A DNA stretch of 64,000 nt from contig CAZYST010000002.1 in the NCBI GenBank assembly GCA_964650305.1, forward strand, positions 26,887-90,886, in the 5' to 3' direction. The translations under genes were made by a program, and so were the position numbers. Position 1 is the stretch's first letter, and each line of letters opens with the position of its first letter. The notes under the pieces are model-generated. The model made no database searches. It was not told where the DNA came from and was given only the letters and a program-made list of their open reading frames with translations. This document shows positions 49,656-59,998 of this stretch, piece by piece. Source of the DNA: an uncultured Lachnospiraceae bacterium. GTDB lineage: Bacteria > Bacillota > Clostridia > TANB77 > CAG-508.

Positions 49656-50492
49656 TTATTTATTTATAAAATATTGATAAATTTCATTTTTATTTACATT
49701 TCTATCTTTTGCTATTCTTTTTATTATTTCTTTTTTCTCCAATCCTTGATTTTCATAGTATTGATAATGCTCTTCTAATTTTAATTTATTTATATTTTCT
49801 TTTTCTTTCATTTCTTTTGATACTTCATTTCCTTGTATCAAAAGAACAAATTCACCTTTTATATTTTCTATATTCTTTAAAATATTACTTACATTATCTC
49901 TTATAAATTCTTCATGTATTTTAGTTATTTCTTTTGCTAAAACAATTTTTCTGTCACCTAATACTTCTAATATATCTTCCAAAGTATTTTGTAATTTATG
50001 TGGTGCTTCATATAATATAATTGTTCTTGTCTCATATACTAAACTTTGAAGTTTCTCTTTTTTTTCTTTTTTATTAGCAGATAAAAATCCTATAAAGCAA
50101 AATTCTCTTGTACTTAATCCTGATGCAATTAGCGCATTTACAAAAGCACATGCTCCAGGAATTGGTATAATTTCAATATCATTTTCTATTGCAACTTTAA
50201 CAATTTCTTCTCCTGGATCTGAAATTCCTGGTGTCCCTGCATCTGAAATAACTGCAATATTTTTCCCATTTAATAATTCTTTTATTAAAATATTACTTTT
50301 AGTTTTTTCGTTTTGTTTATAATAACTAATTAATCTCTTTGAAATTCCAAAATGATTTAATAAACCTAATGAATGTCTTGTATCTTCTGCTGCAATAATA
50401 TCAACTTCTTTTAGAATATTTAAAGCTCTTATAGTTATATCTTCTAAATTTCCTATTGGAGTAGCTACTAAATATAATTTTCCTTTCATCAT
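49656..50492 (-). CDS. rsmI: 16S rRNA (cytidine1402-2'-O)-methyltransferase
   Basis: GKLYLVATPIGNLEDITIRALNILKEVDIIAAEDTRHS and the SDAGTPGISDPG tetrapyrrole-methylase-fold motifs. Confidence 0.9.
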   Translation of the reverse strand: MMKGKLYLVATPIGNLEDITIRALNILKEVDIIAAEDTRHSLGLLNHFGISKRLISYYKQNEKTKSNILIKELLNGKNIAVISDAGTPGISDPGEEIVKVAIENDIEIIPIPGACAFVNALIASGLSTREFCFIGFLSANKKEKKEKLQSLVYETRTIILYEAPHKLQNTLEDILEVLGDRKIVLAKEITKIHEEFIRDNVSNILKNIENIKGEFVLLIQGNEVSKEMKEKENINKLKLEEHYQYYENQGLEKKEIIKRIAKDRNVNKNEIYQYFINK

Positions 50493-50498
50493 TTCTCC

Positions 50499-51254
50499 TT
50501 ATTTTTTACTATATATTTTTAATATTTCATCTGTGTATGTTCCATCTTCATTATATATTATTAATGGATTATCTATTTTTAAAAATTCATTTGCATCTTT
50601 TACACATTTTATTAGTATCAATTTAGGTTTTTCTTTTTCTTTAGAATGTACGAATCGTATATTTTTAGGTTCTAATTTATATTTTCTCAAAAGGTACATT
50701 ATATCTACTAATCGCTCTGCTCTATGCACCATATAAAATTCACCTTTACTTTTTAAAAGTTTATAACTTGTTTTTATAATATCTTCTAAAGTACACTTTA
50801 TTTCATGCCTAGATATTAATTGTTTTTCTTCATTACTTAACACACCTGTATTTATTTTTTTATATGGTGGATTTGTTACTATAGCATCAAAAGTATTGTT
50901 TTCAAATTCTTCATTTATAGATTTTATATCTTTATTTATTATTTCAAATTTATCTTCCAAATTATTTAATTTTACGCTTCTATTTGCCATTTCTGCAACA
51001 TCTTTTTGTATTTCTATACCATATATCTTTTTTAAATTTGTTTTTTTACAAAGTAATAATGATATTATTCCTGTTCCTGTGCCTATATCCATTACTACCG
51101 AATTGTTTCTTATAGATTTAGCATAATCTGATAATAATATACTATCTATTCCAAAACAAAAACCTTTTTCATTTTGGATTATTTTTAAGCCTTTAAATTC
51201 TAAATCATCAATTCTTTCATTTCCCTTTAATTCCATATTACTATTTCCCATCAT
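50499..51254 (-). CDS. SAM-dependent methyltransferase, tRNA1(Val) m6A37 (YfiC/TrmN6) type
   Basis: DIGTGTGIISLLL SAM motif and the NPPY catalytic motif (VTNPPYKK). Confidence 0.75.
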   Translation of the reverse strand: MMGNSNMELKGNERIDDLEFKGLKIIQNEKGFCFGIDSILLSDYAKSIRNNSVVMDIGTGTGIISLLLCKKTNLKKIYGIEIQKDVAEMANRSVKLNNLEDKFEIINKDIKSINEEFENNTFDAIVTNPPYKKINTGVLSNEEKQLISRHEIKCTLEDIIKTSYKLLKSKGEFYMVHRAERLVDIMYLLRKYKLEPKNIRFVHSKEKEKPKLILIKCVKDANEFLKIDNPLIIYNEDGTYTDEILKIYSKK

Positions 51255-51311
51255 TATTGTAATTTAGATTATAATTATACTACATTTCTATAAAAAAGTA
51301 AATTAAAGGCA

Positions 51312-51842
51312 TTATAACATTATATAAGCTAATTTATCAGTTATTTCATTATTAATATTATTTTCATTTTTTTCTTCTTCATTATTATTTTCCACTTCTA
51401 TTACAACATTTTGTATTTCATTTAATTGCGTTAATGTTTTAGTTATACTATCTACTACATCAGAAGAAATTTCTTCATTTATTAAGACTTCTTTATTAAA
51501 TTTTATTGTAAGAGTTTCTTTTTCTAATTTTGCATCCAAAATTTTTACATTTTCTGGAATCACTCTTTGCAATTCATCTGATTCAGGTCCATCTATTAAA
51601 AATTGTACTAATTTATAATATGGATCTTTTAAAAGCTCTTTTGAATCTATTAGCCTTTGCTCCTCTTGTATTTCTTGATTTTCTTTATTCTTATAATATA
51701 ATTTTATCATCGTTTTTCTTAAATCAAGACTGCTTATTTCTTCTTCTGGTATATATTCAGTTTCTATTTTCACATTAAAAAAAATTATACCTGTACATAT
51801 TATAATTAAAATAATTATTCCTATTATTATCCATTTTTGCAT
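51312..51842 (-). CDS. GerMN-domain (germination protein M-like) lipoprotein/membrane protein
   Basis: The ORF opens at 51932, but ATG 51842 (MQKWIIIGIIILIII...) has AAAGGAGG 7 nt upstream. GerM-like LYYKNKENQEIQEE...LVQFLIDGPESDELQRVIPENVKILDAKLEKETLTIKFN. Confidence 0.65.
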   Translation of the reverse strand: MQKWIIIGIIILIIICTGIIFFNVKIETEYIPEEEISSLDLRKTMIKLYYKNKENQEIQEEQRLIDSKELLKDPYYKLVQFLIDGPESDELQRVIPENVKILDAKLEKETLTIKFNKEVLINEEISSDVVDSITKTLTQLNEIQNVVIEVENNNEEEKNENNINNEITDKLAYIML

Positions 51843-51992
51843 AATTTTACCTCCTTTGTACAATACTATTCTTGTACAATAAAAATATGACCATATTATT
51901 ATATTTTTAAACTTATATAACACATGTTTCATTGACTTTTAGCATATTCTGTAATAATATATAGTAATCTTTAATAAGAAAGGATATTAATT

Positions 51993-52652
51993 ATGGCAAA
52001 AGTAAGAAATTTAGTTAGTGGACTTACTCATTGCATCGCTGCTGCATTGTCAATTGCAGGGCTTGTTGTTTTAATTGTTTTTTCATCTTTAAAAGGTGAT
52101 GCATTTGATGTAGTTTCATTTACAATTTTTGGAGTTGCTTTATTTTTACTCTACTTATTTAGCACTTTGTATCATTGGTTAAATATTAGTGAAAAAGCAC
52201 TTACTGTTTTTAGAAAATTTGATCATATTATGATATATATATTAATTGCTGCTAGTTACACTCCTATTTGTTTAGGACCAATGAGAGGTCCTTGGGGTTG
52301 GAGTATTTTTGGAGTAATATGGGGATTCGCAATCTTAGGTACAATATTAACTTCAATCTGGATTAAAGCTCCACGTATGCTTACAACTTCTATATATCTT
52401 GCTATGGGATGGACAGTTATAATTGCAATCTTTCCTTTAATTAATGCTTTTAAAAATGCTAACATGTTATATTCTTTATGGTGGCTAGTTTTAGGCGGCA
52501 TTTTCTATACAATCGGAGGAATACTATATGCTTTCAAATGGCCAAAAAAGAATTTTAAATGCTTTGGATTTCATGAAATCTTTCATATATTTGTTATGCT
52601 TGGCAGTTTTTGTCATTACTGGTTTATACTAAAATATGTATTAATTGTTTAA
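51993..52652 (+). CDS. Hemolysin III / PAQR-family channel protein
   Basis: Seven hydrophobic segments. Motifs FRKFDHIMIYILIAASYTP and GFHEIFHIFVMLGSFCHY. Confidence 0.85.
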   Translation: MAKVRNLVSGLTHCIAAALSIAGLVVLIVFSSLKGDAFDVVSFTIFGVALFLLYLFSTLYHWLNISEKALTVFRKFDHIMIYILIAASYTPICLGPMRGPWGWSIFGVIWGFAILGTILTSIWIKAPRMLTTSIYLAMGWTVIIAIFPLINAFKNANMLYSLWWLVLGGIFYTIGGILYAFKWPKKNFKCFGFHEIFHIFVMLGSFCHYWFILKYVLIV

Positions 52653-52706
52653 ATTTATAATATATTATTGATAAATATATCCCTTACACATAGATTTATC
52701 AAAAAT

Positions 52707-52746
52707 AAAAGTCAAAATTTTCAAAAATTTTGACTTTTATTTTTAC
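52707..52746 (+). terminator. Strong rho-independent terminator of the hemolysin III gene
   Basis: 14-bp perfect stem AAAAGTCAAAATTT/AAATTTTGACTTTT, 4-nt loop, T-rich tail. Confidence 0.8.
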
Positions 52747-54002
52747 TTTTATTCTCCTTGTAGCAAGCTTTTTTGAGCTTTGATTTTCGTGGAACAATTG
52801 ATTTCCCTATATTTTTAAAATTTTAAATTTTTTCTATTTTTAGTTCTTTTTATTAAATTTTATAATTTATTTTTTGTCTTATGTTAACTCAGTTTTTTCT
52901 TTACTCTTTTATATTATTTTTTTATATTTTTTTATATTTTTTTATAAAAACATTAATTTTACAAAAATCTTTTCATTAAATTTTTATCAATTTTACTATT
53001 GAAAAAATTTAAATTTTAATTTTATTTTTTATTATTTTTTTATTCCAGTATTTTCAAGGGTTTGAAAAAATCAATTTTTAAAATAAAATTTGATTTTATA
53101 ATTCTTTTAAATATTTTCTTCAAAAAAACTTCTAAAAAAATCTTGCTACATTATGTAAAGTTTACTTTTTCTTGTTTTAACATTTATATTTTTCTATCTT
53201 TTTCATCTTTATTTTTGTCGTTTTTCTTTCATTTTCTTACTTTTTTTCATCATTTTATATGATTTTTTTGTTAAATAAATCCATCAAAAGCCTTTCCCTC
53301 TAAGAATAGATTTTTTTACATTTTTTAGTAAAAATTTTCTGTTTTTTTTATTGTTTTTTCTCTTATCTAAAAAGTTTTTCTAATCATTTTTTTATTTTAT
53401 GATCAATTTTTAAATAAAAAAATCTTTTTAAAAATACTTTTTTTTAAATTTATTTTTTTTATTAATTTTTATTTTAGATATATTTATTATTTATTATCTT
53501 AAAATTATGTTTTTTCACTTTAATAAATTTTTTCTTAATTTCATTTTTTAGTAATCATTCCTAATTTAAAGCTTTTTATATAAAGTTTTAAAACTACTTT
53601 TTTTAAGCTTTTTATTGTTGTTATGTCTACCATTTTTTTAAAGTTTTAATCATTTTTATTTTTCTACTTTTCCTTTATTTGCCTAGTAAATTACGCTTTT
53701 ATTTTTCACTTTATCTAACTAAATTTGATAAATTTACTAATTTTTTTAAATCTTATTTTTTTCTAAGTATACATTTTCTCATTATGTATTTTTTTATTGT
53801 TTTTTAAAAAACTATTTTTACATTTTTTAATTTATAATTATTTTTTTATAATCTTTATGCGTTATTTTGAGATATAAAACATTTTTTACTGTTTTAATAT
53901 AATTTCATTATAAATAAATAAAAACCTTTTATTTTTCATTCTAAAGCTTCGTTTTTAATTATAATAATTTGAATTACTAGTTGTCATTTTTAAAGAAAAT
54001 AT
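52747..54002. other. ~1.25 kb ORF-poor, extremely AT-rich non-coding desert (T-rich on the plus strand)
   Basis: The only ORF of 60 aa or more is one low-complexity plus-strand ORF (53062-53262). Homopolymer and short tandem tracts such as TATATTTTTTT x3 at ~52915-52947. Confidence 0.7.
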
Positions 54003-54030
54003 AAAAAAACATCAGATTTTTATCTGATGT
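54003..54030 (-). terminator. Rho-independent terminator of the tRNA-Ser pair
   Basis: 8-bp stem ACATCAGA/TCTGATGT, followed on the minus strand by T7. Confidence 0.75.
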
Positions 54031-54032
54031 TT

Positions 54033-54125
54033 TGGCGGAGATTGAGGGATTTGAACCCTCGCGGCCACTTACGCAACCCTAACGGTTTAGCAAACCGTCC
54101 CCTTCAACCACTTGGGTAAATCTCC
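54033..54125 (-). tRNA. tRNA-Ser: tRNA-Ser (anticodon GCU), long variable arm, CCA encoded
   Basis: Reverse complement: acceptor GGAGATT/AATCTCC, anticodon arm ACGGT-TTGCTAA-ACCGT, T arm GAGGG-TTCAAAT-CCCTC. Confidence 0.95.
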
Positions 54126-54167
54126 ATATATATATAATGCTAGATATTTCTATCTAGCATATTTATT

Positions 54168-54259
<92 letters not shown>

Positions 54260-54287
54260 AATTCATTACTATTTTAGCAACACATAT

Positions 54288-54317
54288 ATATTAGCACATT
54301 TTTATTATTCTTGTCAA
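54288..54317 (-). promoter_or_regulatory. Sigma-A promoter of the tRNA-Ser pair (extended -10)
   Basis: On the minus strand, TTGACA (54312-54317), an 18-nt spacer ending in TGC, and TAATAT (54288-54293), ~25 nt upstream of the tRNA. Confidence 0.6.
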
Positions 54318-54865
54318 CACATTTATTTCATTTTTTTTATTTTTTTATATAATCATTTATCACTATTATATTTTATATTTTATTTTTTATTTTATTTTTT
54401 ATTTTATTATTTTAATAGTATATTTTTATATAATAAATAACATTTTTTATATTATTTGAATTTATTTTTTTATTACATAAAAAAATCTTTTATTTTATAC
54501 AACAAATTTATTTTTTAATCAAAAATTAATTAAATTTTTTTAAGCAAAACTCTTTTCCAAAAATTATCAATAAGCATTTTTTGTTTATTTATAGCACATT
54601 TTCAGTTTTAAAATATATTTTTTATATTTTAATTTTTACTTTTGTTTTTATTTTTTATTTTATTATTATTATTTTTTTATATTATTATTTTTTTTATTTT
54701 ATTTTTAATTGTTATTGTTATTTATATATTTTTTTCAGAATCGTCATATTTGCATTTTACACTTATTTAAACAAGTTATATTGTTGTTTTTTAAAAACGT
54801 CTTATTTTTTATTTTAAAGCTTCATTTTTAAATATTAAATATTATTTTTATACCTAAATTTTTAT
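54318..54865. other. ~0.55 kb ORF-poor, extremely AT-rich non-coding desert
   Basis: The only ORF is low-complexity (54581-54817). Short tandem tracts such as ATTTTATTTTTT x3 near 54380-54415. Confidence 0.7.
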
Positions 54866-54893
54866 AAAAAAAATTGACTAAAGAATAGTCAAT
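54866..54893 (-). terminator. Rho-independent terminator of the parA-parB-DUF4446 operon
   Basis: 8-bp stem ATTGACTA/TAGTCAAT, followed on the minus strand by T8. Confidence 0.75.
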
Positions 54894-54906
54894 CTTTTCC
54901 TATTTT

Positions 54907-55437
54907 TTAATTTTTGTGTTTTGCGAAAAAATTTTTATTTTGTTCTGCAATTTCTAAAGCATATTTTTCTTCTTCTGACAATTGATAAGTAGATTCTCCA
55001 TTTTTTATTGGTTTTGCATAAATATTTGAAGATTCAGTTCCATATAAACCATTTAATACAACTCCATTGTTTTCTCTATCTAATAAAGCTACAGCAAAAC
55101 TTAGATCACTTCCTACATCTTTAAACGCATTATATCTAACTAAACCTGTTTTTTGTATACAAGAAGCTATGTCTTTATCTAATTTTATATAATATGCTTT
55201 AATTTCTTCATTATCTTTTTTTATTTCTCTTACATCTTCTAAATATTTTTTTAACATAGAATCTATATTATTACCATCTCCTAATTTTGTCATAAAGTCT
55301 AAATATTTTTTCTTTGCACTTATATTTAAACATATATTAACTATTACTAATATAAAAAGTACTATATTTATCACAAAAGATATAAGAATAAAATTATCTG
55401 ATTTTAAAATTTCTAAAATATCATTCATTTCTATCAC
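54907..55437 (-). CDS. DUF4446-family protein (conserved partner downstream of parB in Firmicutes)
   Basis: N-terminal TM, then LVRYNAFKDVGSDLSFAVALLDRENNGVVLNGLYG. The position after spo0J/parB is characteristic. Confidence 0.7.
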   Translation of the reverse strand: MIEMNDILEILKSDNFILISFVINIVLFILVIVNICLNISAKKKYLDFMTKLGDGNNIDSMLKKYLEDVREIKKDNEEIKAYYIKLDKDIASCIQKTGLVRYNAFKDVGSDLSFAVALLDRENNGVVLNGLYGTESSNIYAKPIKNGESTYQLSEEEKYALEIAEQNKNFFAKHKN

Positions 55438-55439
55438 CT

Positions 55440-56285
55440 TTATTTTATTAATCCTAAAATACGCTCCAAATCATCATTTGAACTATATTGTATTATTATT
55501 TTTCCTTTTTTTTCTCCTGCATCTAGTTTTACTTTTGTTCCAAAAAAGCTTTGAAAAGAACTTTCTATATCTCTATATATTGGTATATATCTATCTTGTT
55601 TTTTACTAACTTTTTTTCTAACTTTCATTTTCTTTTCTGCTTCTCTTACAGAATCTCCAGATTCTATTATACATGTAGCCATTTGATATTGTCTTTCTGG
55701 ATCGTCTATTGACATTAATGATTTGCAGTGTCCTTCTGTTAGTTTTCCCTGAAGAGCCATTTCTATTACTCTTTCATCTAAATTTAATATTCTAACAGTA
55801 TTTGCTATACTACTTCTACTTTTTCCTAATAAATCGGCTACTTTTTGTTGTGTTAAATCATATTCATCCATTAACAATTTAATTCCTCTTGCTTTTTCAA
55901 TTGGATTTAAATCTTCTCTTTGAATATTTTCTATTAAAGATATTTCTTTATTTCTTTTTTCATCGTCTTCTCTTACAATAGCTGGTATATCTTCCATTCC
56001 AGCTTTTTTAGAAGCTCTCCATCTTCTTTCTCCTGCTATTATTTCATAAAAATTTTCTTTTTTTGCAACTATAATTGGTTGTATTACACCATATTCTTTT
56101 ATTGAATTTGCTAAATCTTCTATTGCTTCTTCATCAAAAATTTTCCTTGCTTGTGCTTTATTTGGTTCTATTTCTGTTAATTTAAGTCTTTGGACCGTTT
56201 CTCCTGTTTGTATTTTTTCTTCTTCAATCATTGGCGTAGAAAATAATGCGTCTAATCCCTTACCTAATCCTGTTTTTTTAGCCAT
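55440..56285 (-). CDS. parB: Chromosome partitioning protein ParB/Spo0J
   Basis: GERRWRASKKAG, ENIQREDLNPIE and the HTH LTQQKVADLLGKSRSSIANTVR. Confidence 0.9.
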   Translation of the reverse strand: MAKKTGLGKGLDALFSTPMIEEEKIQTGETVQRLKLTEIEPNKAQARKIFDEEAIEDLANSIKEYGVIQPIIVAKKENFYEIIAGERRWRASKKAGMEDIPAIVREDDEKRNKEISLIENIQREDLNPIEKARGIKLLMDEYDLTQQKVADLLGKSRSSIANTVRILNLDERVIEMALQGKLTEGHCKSLMSIDDPERQYQMATCIIESGDSVREAEKKMKVRKKVSKKQDRYIPIYRDIESSFQSFFGTKVKLDAGEKKGKIIIQYSSNDDLERILGLIK

Positions 56286-57075
56286 TTGTTACTTCCTCCT
56301 TTTCTTTATTTCTTTCATCATTTTCTTTTAATACTTCTTTCGCAAGTTTTTCATAGCATCTAGCACCTTTTGACTTTGGATCATATAAAGAAATAGGCAT
56401 TCCGAAACTTGGTGCCTCACTAAGCTTTATGTTTCTAGGTATAACTGTTTTATATACTTTATCATCAAAATATCTTTTTACTTCTTTTACTACTTGATTT
56501 GAAAGATTTGTTCTAATATCATACATTGTTAAAACAGCACCTTCTACTTCTAAATTTTTATTTAAATGTTTTTTTACTAAATTAACAGTATTTAGTAATT
56601 GTCCTAATCCTTCAAGTGCATAATATTCGCACTGTACAGGGATTAACACAGAATCAGAAGCTGTGAATGCATTTAATGTTATTAGTCCTAATGATGGAGG
56701 ACAATCTATGATTATAAAATCAAAATCATTTCTTACTAAATCTATTTTTTCCTTTAATCTTTGCTCTCTTGACATTAGAGTTACAAGCTCAACTTCAGCT
56801 CCTGCAAGATCCATATTAGAAGGACATACTTTTAAAGTTTTAACACAAGTATCTTGTAACGTTTTGTTTATGTCAACTTCATTTATTAATACATCATATA
56901 AAGAATATTCAACATCTTTATCTATTCCTAATCCACTTGTAGCATTTCCTTGTGGATCACCATCTATTAACATTACTTTTTTCCCTTTTTTAGCTAAAAT
57001 AGTACTTAAATTTATTGCTGTTGTTGTTTTTCCAACTCCACCTTTTTGATTTGCTATAGATATTACTCTACTCAA
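56278..57075 (-). CDS. parA: Chromosome partitioning ATPase ParA/Soj
   Basis: Deviant Walker A NQKGGVGKTT. The ORF opens at 57099, but TTG 57075 lies 6 nt after AAAGGAGGG. Overlaps the parB start by 8 nt. Confidence 0.9.
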   Translation of the reverse strand: MSRVISIANQKGGVGKTTTAINLSTILAKKGKKVMLIDGDPQGNATSGLGIDKDVEYSLYDVLINEVDINKTLQDTCVKTLKVCPSNMDLAGAEVELVTLMSREQRLKEKIDLVRNDFDFIIIDCPPSLGLITLNAFTASDSVLIPVQCEYYALEGLGQLLNTVNLVKKHLNKNLEVEGAVLTMYDIRTNLSNQVVKEVKRYFDDKVYKTVIPRNIKLSEAPSFGMPISLYDPKSKGARCYEKLAKEVLKENDERNKEKEEVTNG

Positions 57076-57345
57076 GAAAATCCCTCCTTTTTTTACCATA
57101 TAATAATATAAAAATTTTCATAATATGTCAATTGATTTTATAAATTTATTTAATTTTTATACCAATAAAAAACATTGTAACAATTTTAAAATATCTATTA
57201 TTTTATATAAATTTATTTATTCAAAATTTTATTAACTAGAATTTATATACATTAATTACTTTCAAGACTTTATAATAATATTTCATTTTTCTTTTTTTTA
57301 TTATATAAAAAAAGAATGTTCTTCAAAGAACATTCTTTTAAAACA

Positions 57346-58065
57346 CTATTTAATTGGCTCTTTTTGAGGTTTTCCTTTTCCTCTTGGATATTGTTTTGGT
57401 GTTGAATTTATTTTATTTACAATTATTAAATTTCTTTCTATTTCATTATTTATAAAAACAGTTTCAATTTTTTCAATCTTTCCTCCAAGTATTTTTATTG
57501 CTTTTTTACTTTCTTCTAATTCATCTTGAAAATTAGGTCCTTTCATACAAATAGCTTTTCCTCCAATTTTTACAAATGGTAGCATATATTCCATAATTGT
57601 AGAAAAATTAGAAACAGCTCTAGTAATTGCAATATCATATTTTTCTCTATATTCTTTATTTATAGCTAAATCTTCAGCTCGTGTATGAATAATTTCTAAT
57701 TCATTTAAATTATATTTATCTGTAATATTCTTTATAACATTTAATTTTTTATTTACAGAATCAATTAATGTTATTTTTTTATTAGGATAATTTAATTTTA
57801 ATGGAATTCCTGGAAATCCTGCTCCCGTTCCTATATCTATTATTGATTTACAATCTTCTATTTTTCTTGCAGCTGTAAGCGAATCTATAAAATGTTTCAC
57901 GATAAACTCTTTTTCATCAACAATTGCTGTTACATTTATTTTATCATTCCATTCTATTATTTCTTTCATGTAATTATAAAATTTTTCTATATTTTCTTCG
58001 TTTAAATAAATATTATTATTTAAAGCTTGCAATTTTATTTCATTTTTAAATTCTTCAAAATTCAT
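57346..58065 (-). CDS. rsmG: 16S rRNA (guanine527-N7)-methyltransferase
   Basis: DIGTGAGFPGIPLKL SAM motif. GidB position next to mnmG. Confidence 0.9.
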   Translation of the reverse strand: MNFEEFKNEIKLQALNNNIYLNEENIEKFYNYMKEIIEWNDKINVTAIVDEKEFIVKHFIDSLTAARKIEDCKSIIDIGTGAGFPGIPLKLNYPNKKITLIDSVNKKLNVIKNITDKYNLNELEIIHTRAEDLAINKEYREKYDIAITRAVSNFSTIMEYMLPFVKIGGKAICMKGPNFQDELEESKKAIKILGGKIEKIETVFINNEIERNLIIVNKINSTPKQYPRGKGKPQKEPIK

Positions 58066-59951
58066 TATTTATTTCCTTTATTTTTATTATATTGTTCTAA
58101 GAATATTAGTAAAACTGATATATCAGCTGGTGAAACACCTGATATTCTTGAAGCCTGACCTATTGAATATGGTCTATATTTATTTAATTTTTGTCTTGCT
58201 TCTAGTCTAATTCCTTTGATTTCATTATAATCAACATCTTCTGGTAATAATTTCTTTTCTAATTTCTTAAAACTTTCAACTTGTCTTTTCTGCATTTCGA
58301 TATAGCCTTCATATTTTACCATTATTTCTACTTCTTCTTTTACTTGTCTTTCAAGTTCTGGTCTTTCTACATCTATTTTACTTATATTTTCATATGTTAT
58401 TTCTGTTCTTTTTAATAAATCTGAAATTTTTGTACCCGCTGATATTGGCGTTGTTCCAAGACTTTCTAATAATTTATTAACATCTTCTGTTGGTTTAATA
58501 TTAGTTTTATTTAATCTTTCTATTTCTTTTTCTATTTGTTGTTTTTTATTTAAAAACTTTTTATATCTTTCTTCAGAAATTAAACCTATTTCATGTCCAA
58601 TTTCTGTTAATCTTAAATCTGCATTATCTTGTCTTAATAAAAGCCTATATTCTGCTCTAGAAGTCATCATTCTATATGGCTCTAATGTGCTTTTTGTTAC
58701 AATATCATCTATCAAAACACCTATATAAGCTTGTGATCTATCTAAAATTATTGGTTCTTTTCCTTTAATTTTTTGTGCTGCGTTTATTCCGGCAATTAAT
58801 CCTTGTGCTGCTGCTTCTTCATATCCTGAAGTTCCATTTATTTGACCAGCACAAAATAATCCACTAATATTTTTTAATTCTAAAGAACTTTTTAATTGTG
58901 ATGGTTCAATAGAATCATATTCTATCGCATATGCAGGTCGTGTAAACTCAGCATTTTCAAGACCAGGAAGAGTTCTATACATTTCTATTTGTACATCTTC
59001 TGGTAAAGATGAACTCATACCTTGTATATACATTTCATCTGTATCTTTTCCAATTGGTTCTACAAATATTTGATGTCTTTCTTTATCCGCAAAACGAACA
59101 ACTTTATCTTCAATAGAAGGACAATATCTTGGACCAGTTCCTTCTATTAATCCTGCATATAATGGTGATCTATGCAAGTTTTTTCTTATTATTTCATGTG
59201 TTTTTTCATTAGTATATGTAAGCCAACAAGGAACTTGTTCTACTTTAGGACTTTCATCATCAAAAGAAAAAGGAACTAAATCTTCATCTCCTTCTTGTAT
59301 TTCCATTTTAGAAAAATCTATACTTTTTTTATTAATTCTAGCAGGTGTTCCTGTTTTAAATCTTTGTATTTCTATTCCTAAAGATTTTATACAATCAGAT
59401 AGTCTATTTGCTGCAAACACTCCATCTGGCCCACTTTCAAAGCTATTCTCACCTATAAATATTTTTCCTTTTAAATATGTTCCTGTTGCAATTATTAAGC
59501 ATTTTATATTATATATTGCCCCTAAATTTGTTTCTATAGATTTAACTTTTCCATCTTCAACTTTAATATCTACTATTTCTGCTTGTTTTAAAAACACATT
59601 TTCTTCTTTTTCCAAAGTATGTTTCATTTCAGCTTGATATTTTTTTCTATCAGCTTGTGCTCTTAAAGAATGTACAGCTGGTCCTTTAGATGTATTTAAC
59701 ATTCTTAATTGTATTAGCGTTTTATCTATATTCTTTCCCATTTCACCACCAAGGCTATCTATTTCTCTTACTAAATGTCCTTTTGATGTTCCACCTATAT
59801 GTGGATTACATGGCATATTTGCAACAGCTTCAAGACTTATTGAAAATATTAATGTTTTCATTCCTAGTCTTGCTGCTGCTAATGCTGCTTCACAACCTGC
59901 ATGACCTGCACCTATGACAGCTATATCATAATCTCCCGCATTATAACTCAT
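58065..59951 (-). CDS. mnmG: tRNA uridine 5-carboxymethylaminomethyl modification enzyme MnmG (GidA)
   Basis: FAD motif [46 protein letters not shown]. Confidence 0.95.
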   Translation of the reverse strand: MSYNAGDYDIAVIGAGHAGCEAALAAARLGMKTLIFSISLEAVANMPCNPHIGGTSKGHLVREIDSLGGEMGKNIDKTLIQLRMLNTSKGPAVHSLRAQADRKKYQAEMKHTLEKEENVFLKQAEIVDIKVEDGKVKSIETNLGAIYNIKCLIIATGTYLKGKIFIGENSFESGPDGVFAANRLSDCIKSLGIEIQRFKTGTPARINKKSIDFSKMEIQEGDEDLVPFSFDDESPKVEQVPCWLTYTNEKTHEIIRKNLHRSPLYAGLIEGTGPRYCPSIEDKVVRFADKERHQIFVEPIGKDTDEMYIQGMSSSLPEDVQIEMYRTLPGLENAEFTRPAYAIEYDSIEPSQLKSSLELKNISGLFCAGQINGTSGYEEAAAQGLIAGINAAQKIKGKEPIILDRSQAYIGVLIDDIVTKSTLEPYRMMTSRAEYRLLLRQDNADLRLTEIGHEIGLISEERYKKFLNKKQQIEKEIERLNKTNIKPTEDVNKLLESLGTTPISAGTKISDLLKRTEITYENISKIDVERPELERQVKEEVEIMVKYEGYIEMQKRQVESFKKLEKKLLPEDVDYNEIKGIRLEARQKLNKYRPYSIGQASRISGVSPADISVLLIFLEQYNKNKGNK

Positions 59952-59998
59952 TTTTTATCTCCTATAATTGTTTTTTGTGAAACAATAAACAAATGTTT

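Noticed and set aside
59969-59984. parS-like sequences: TGTTTTTTGTGAAACA (59969-59984, between mnmG and mnmE) and TGTTTCACGATAAACT (57893-57908, inside rsmG).
   Set aside because: Each matches only 13 of 16 positions of TGTTNCACGTGAAACA, essentially one half-site each. Functional parS sites usually tolerate only one or two mismatches.
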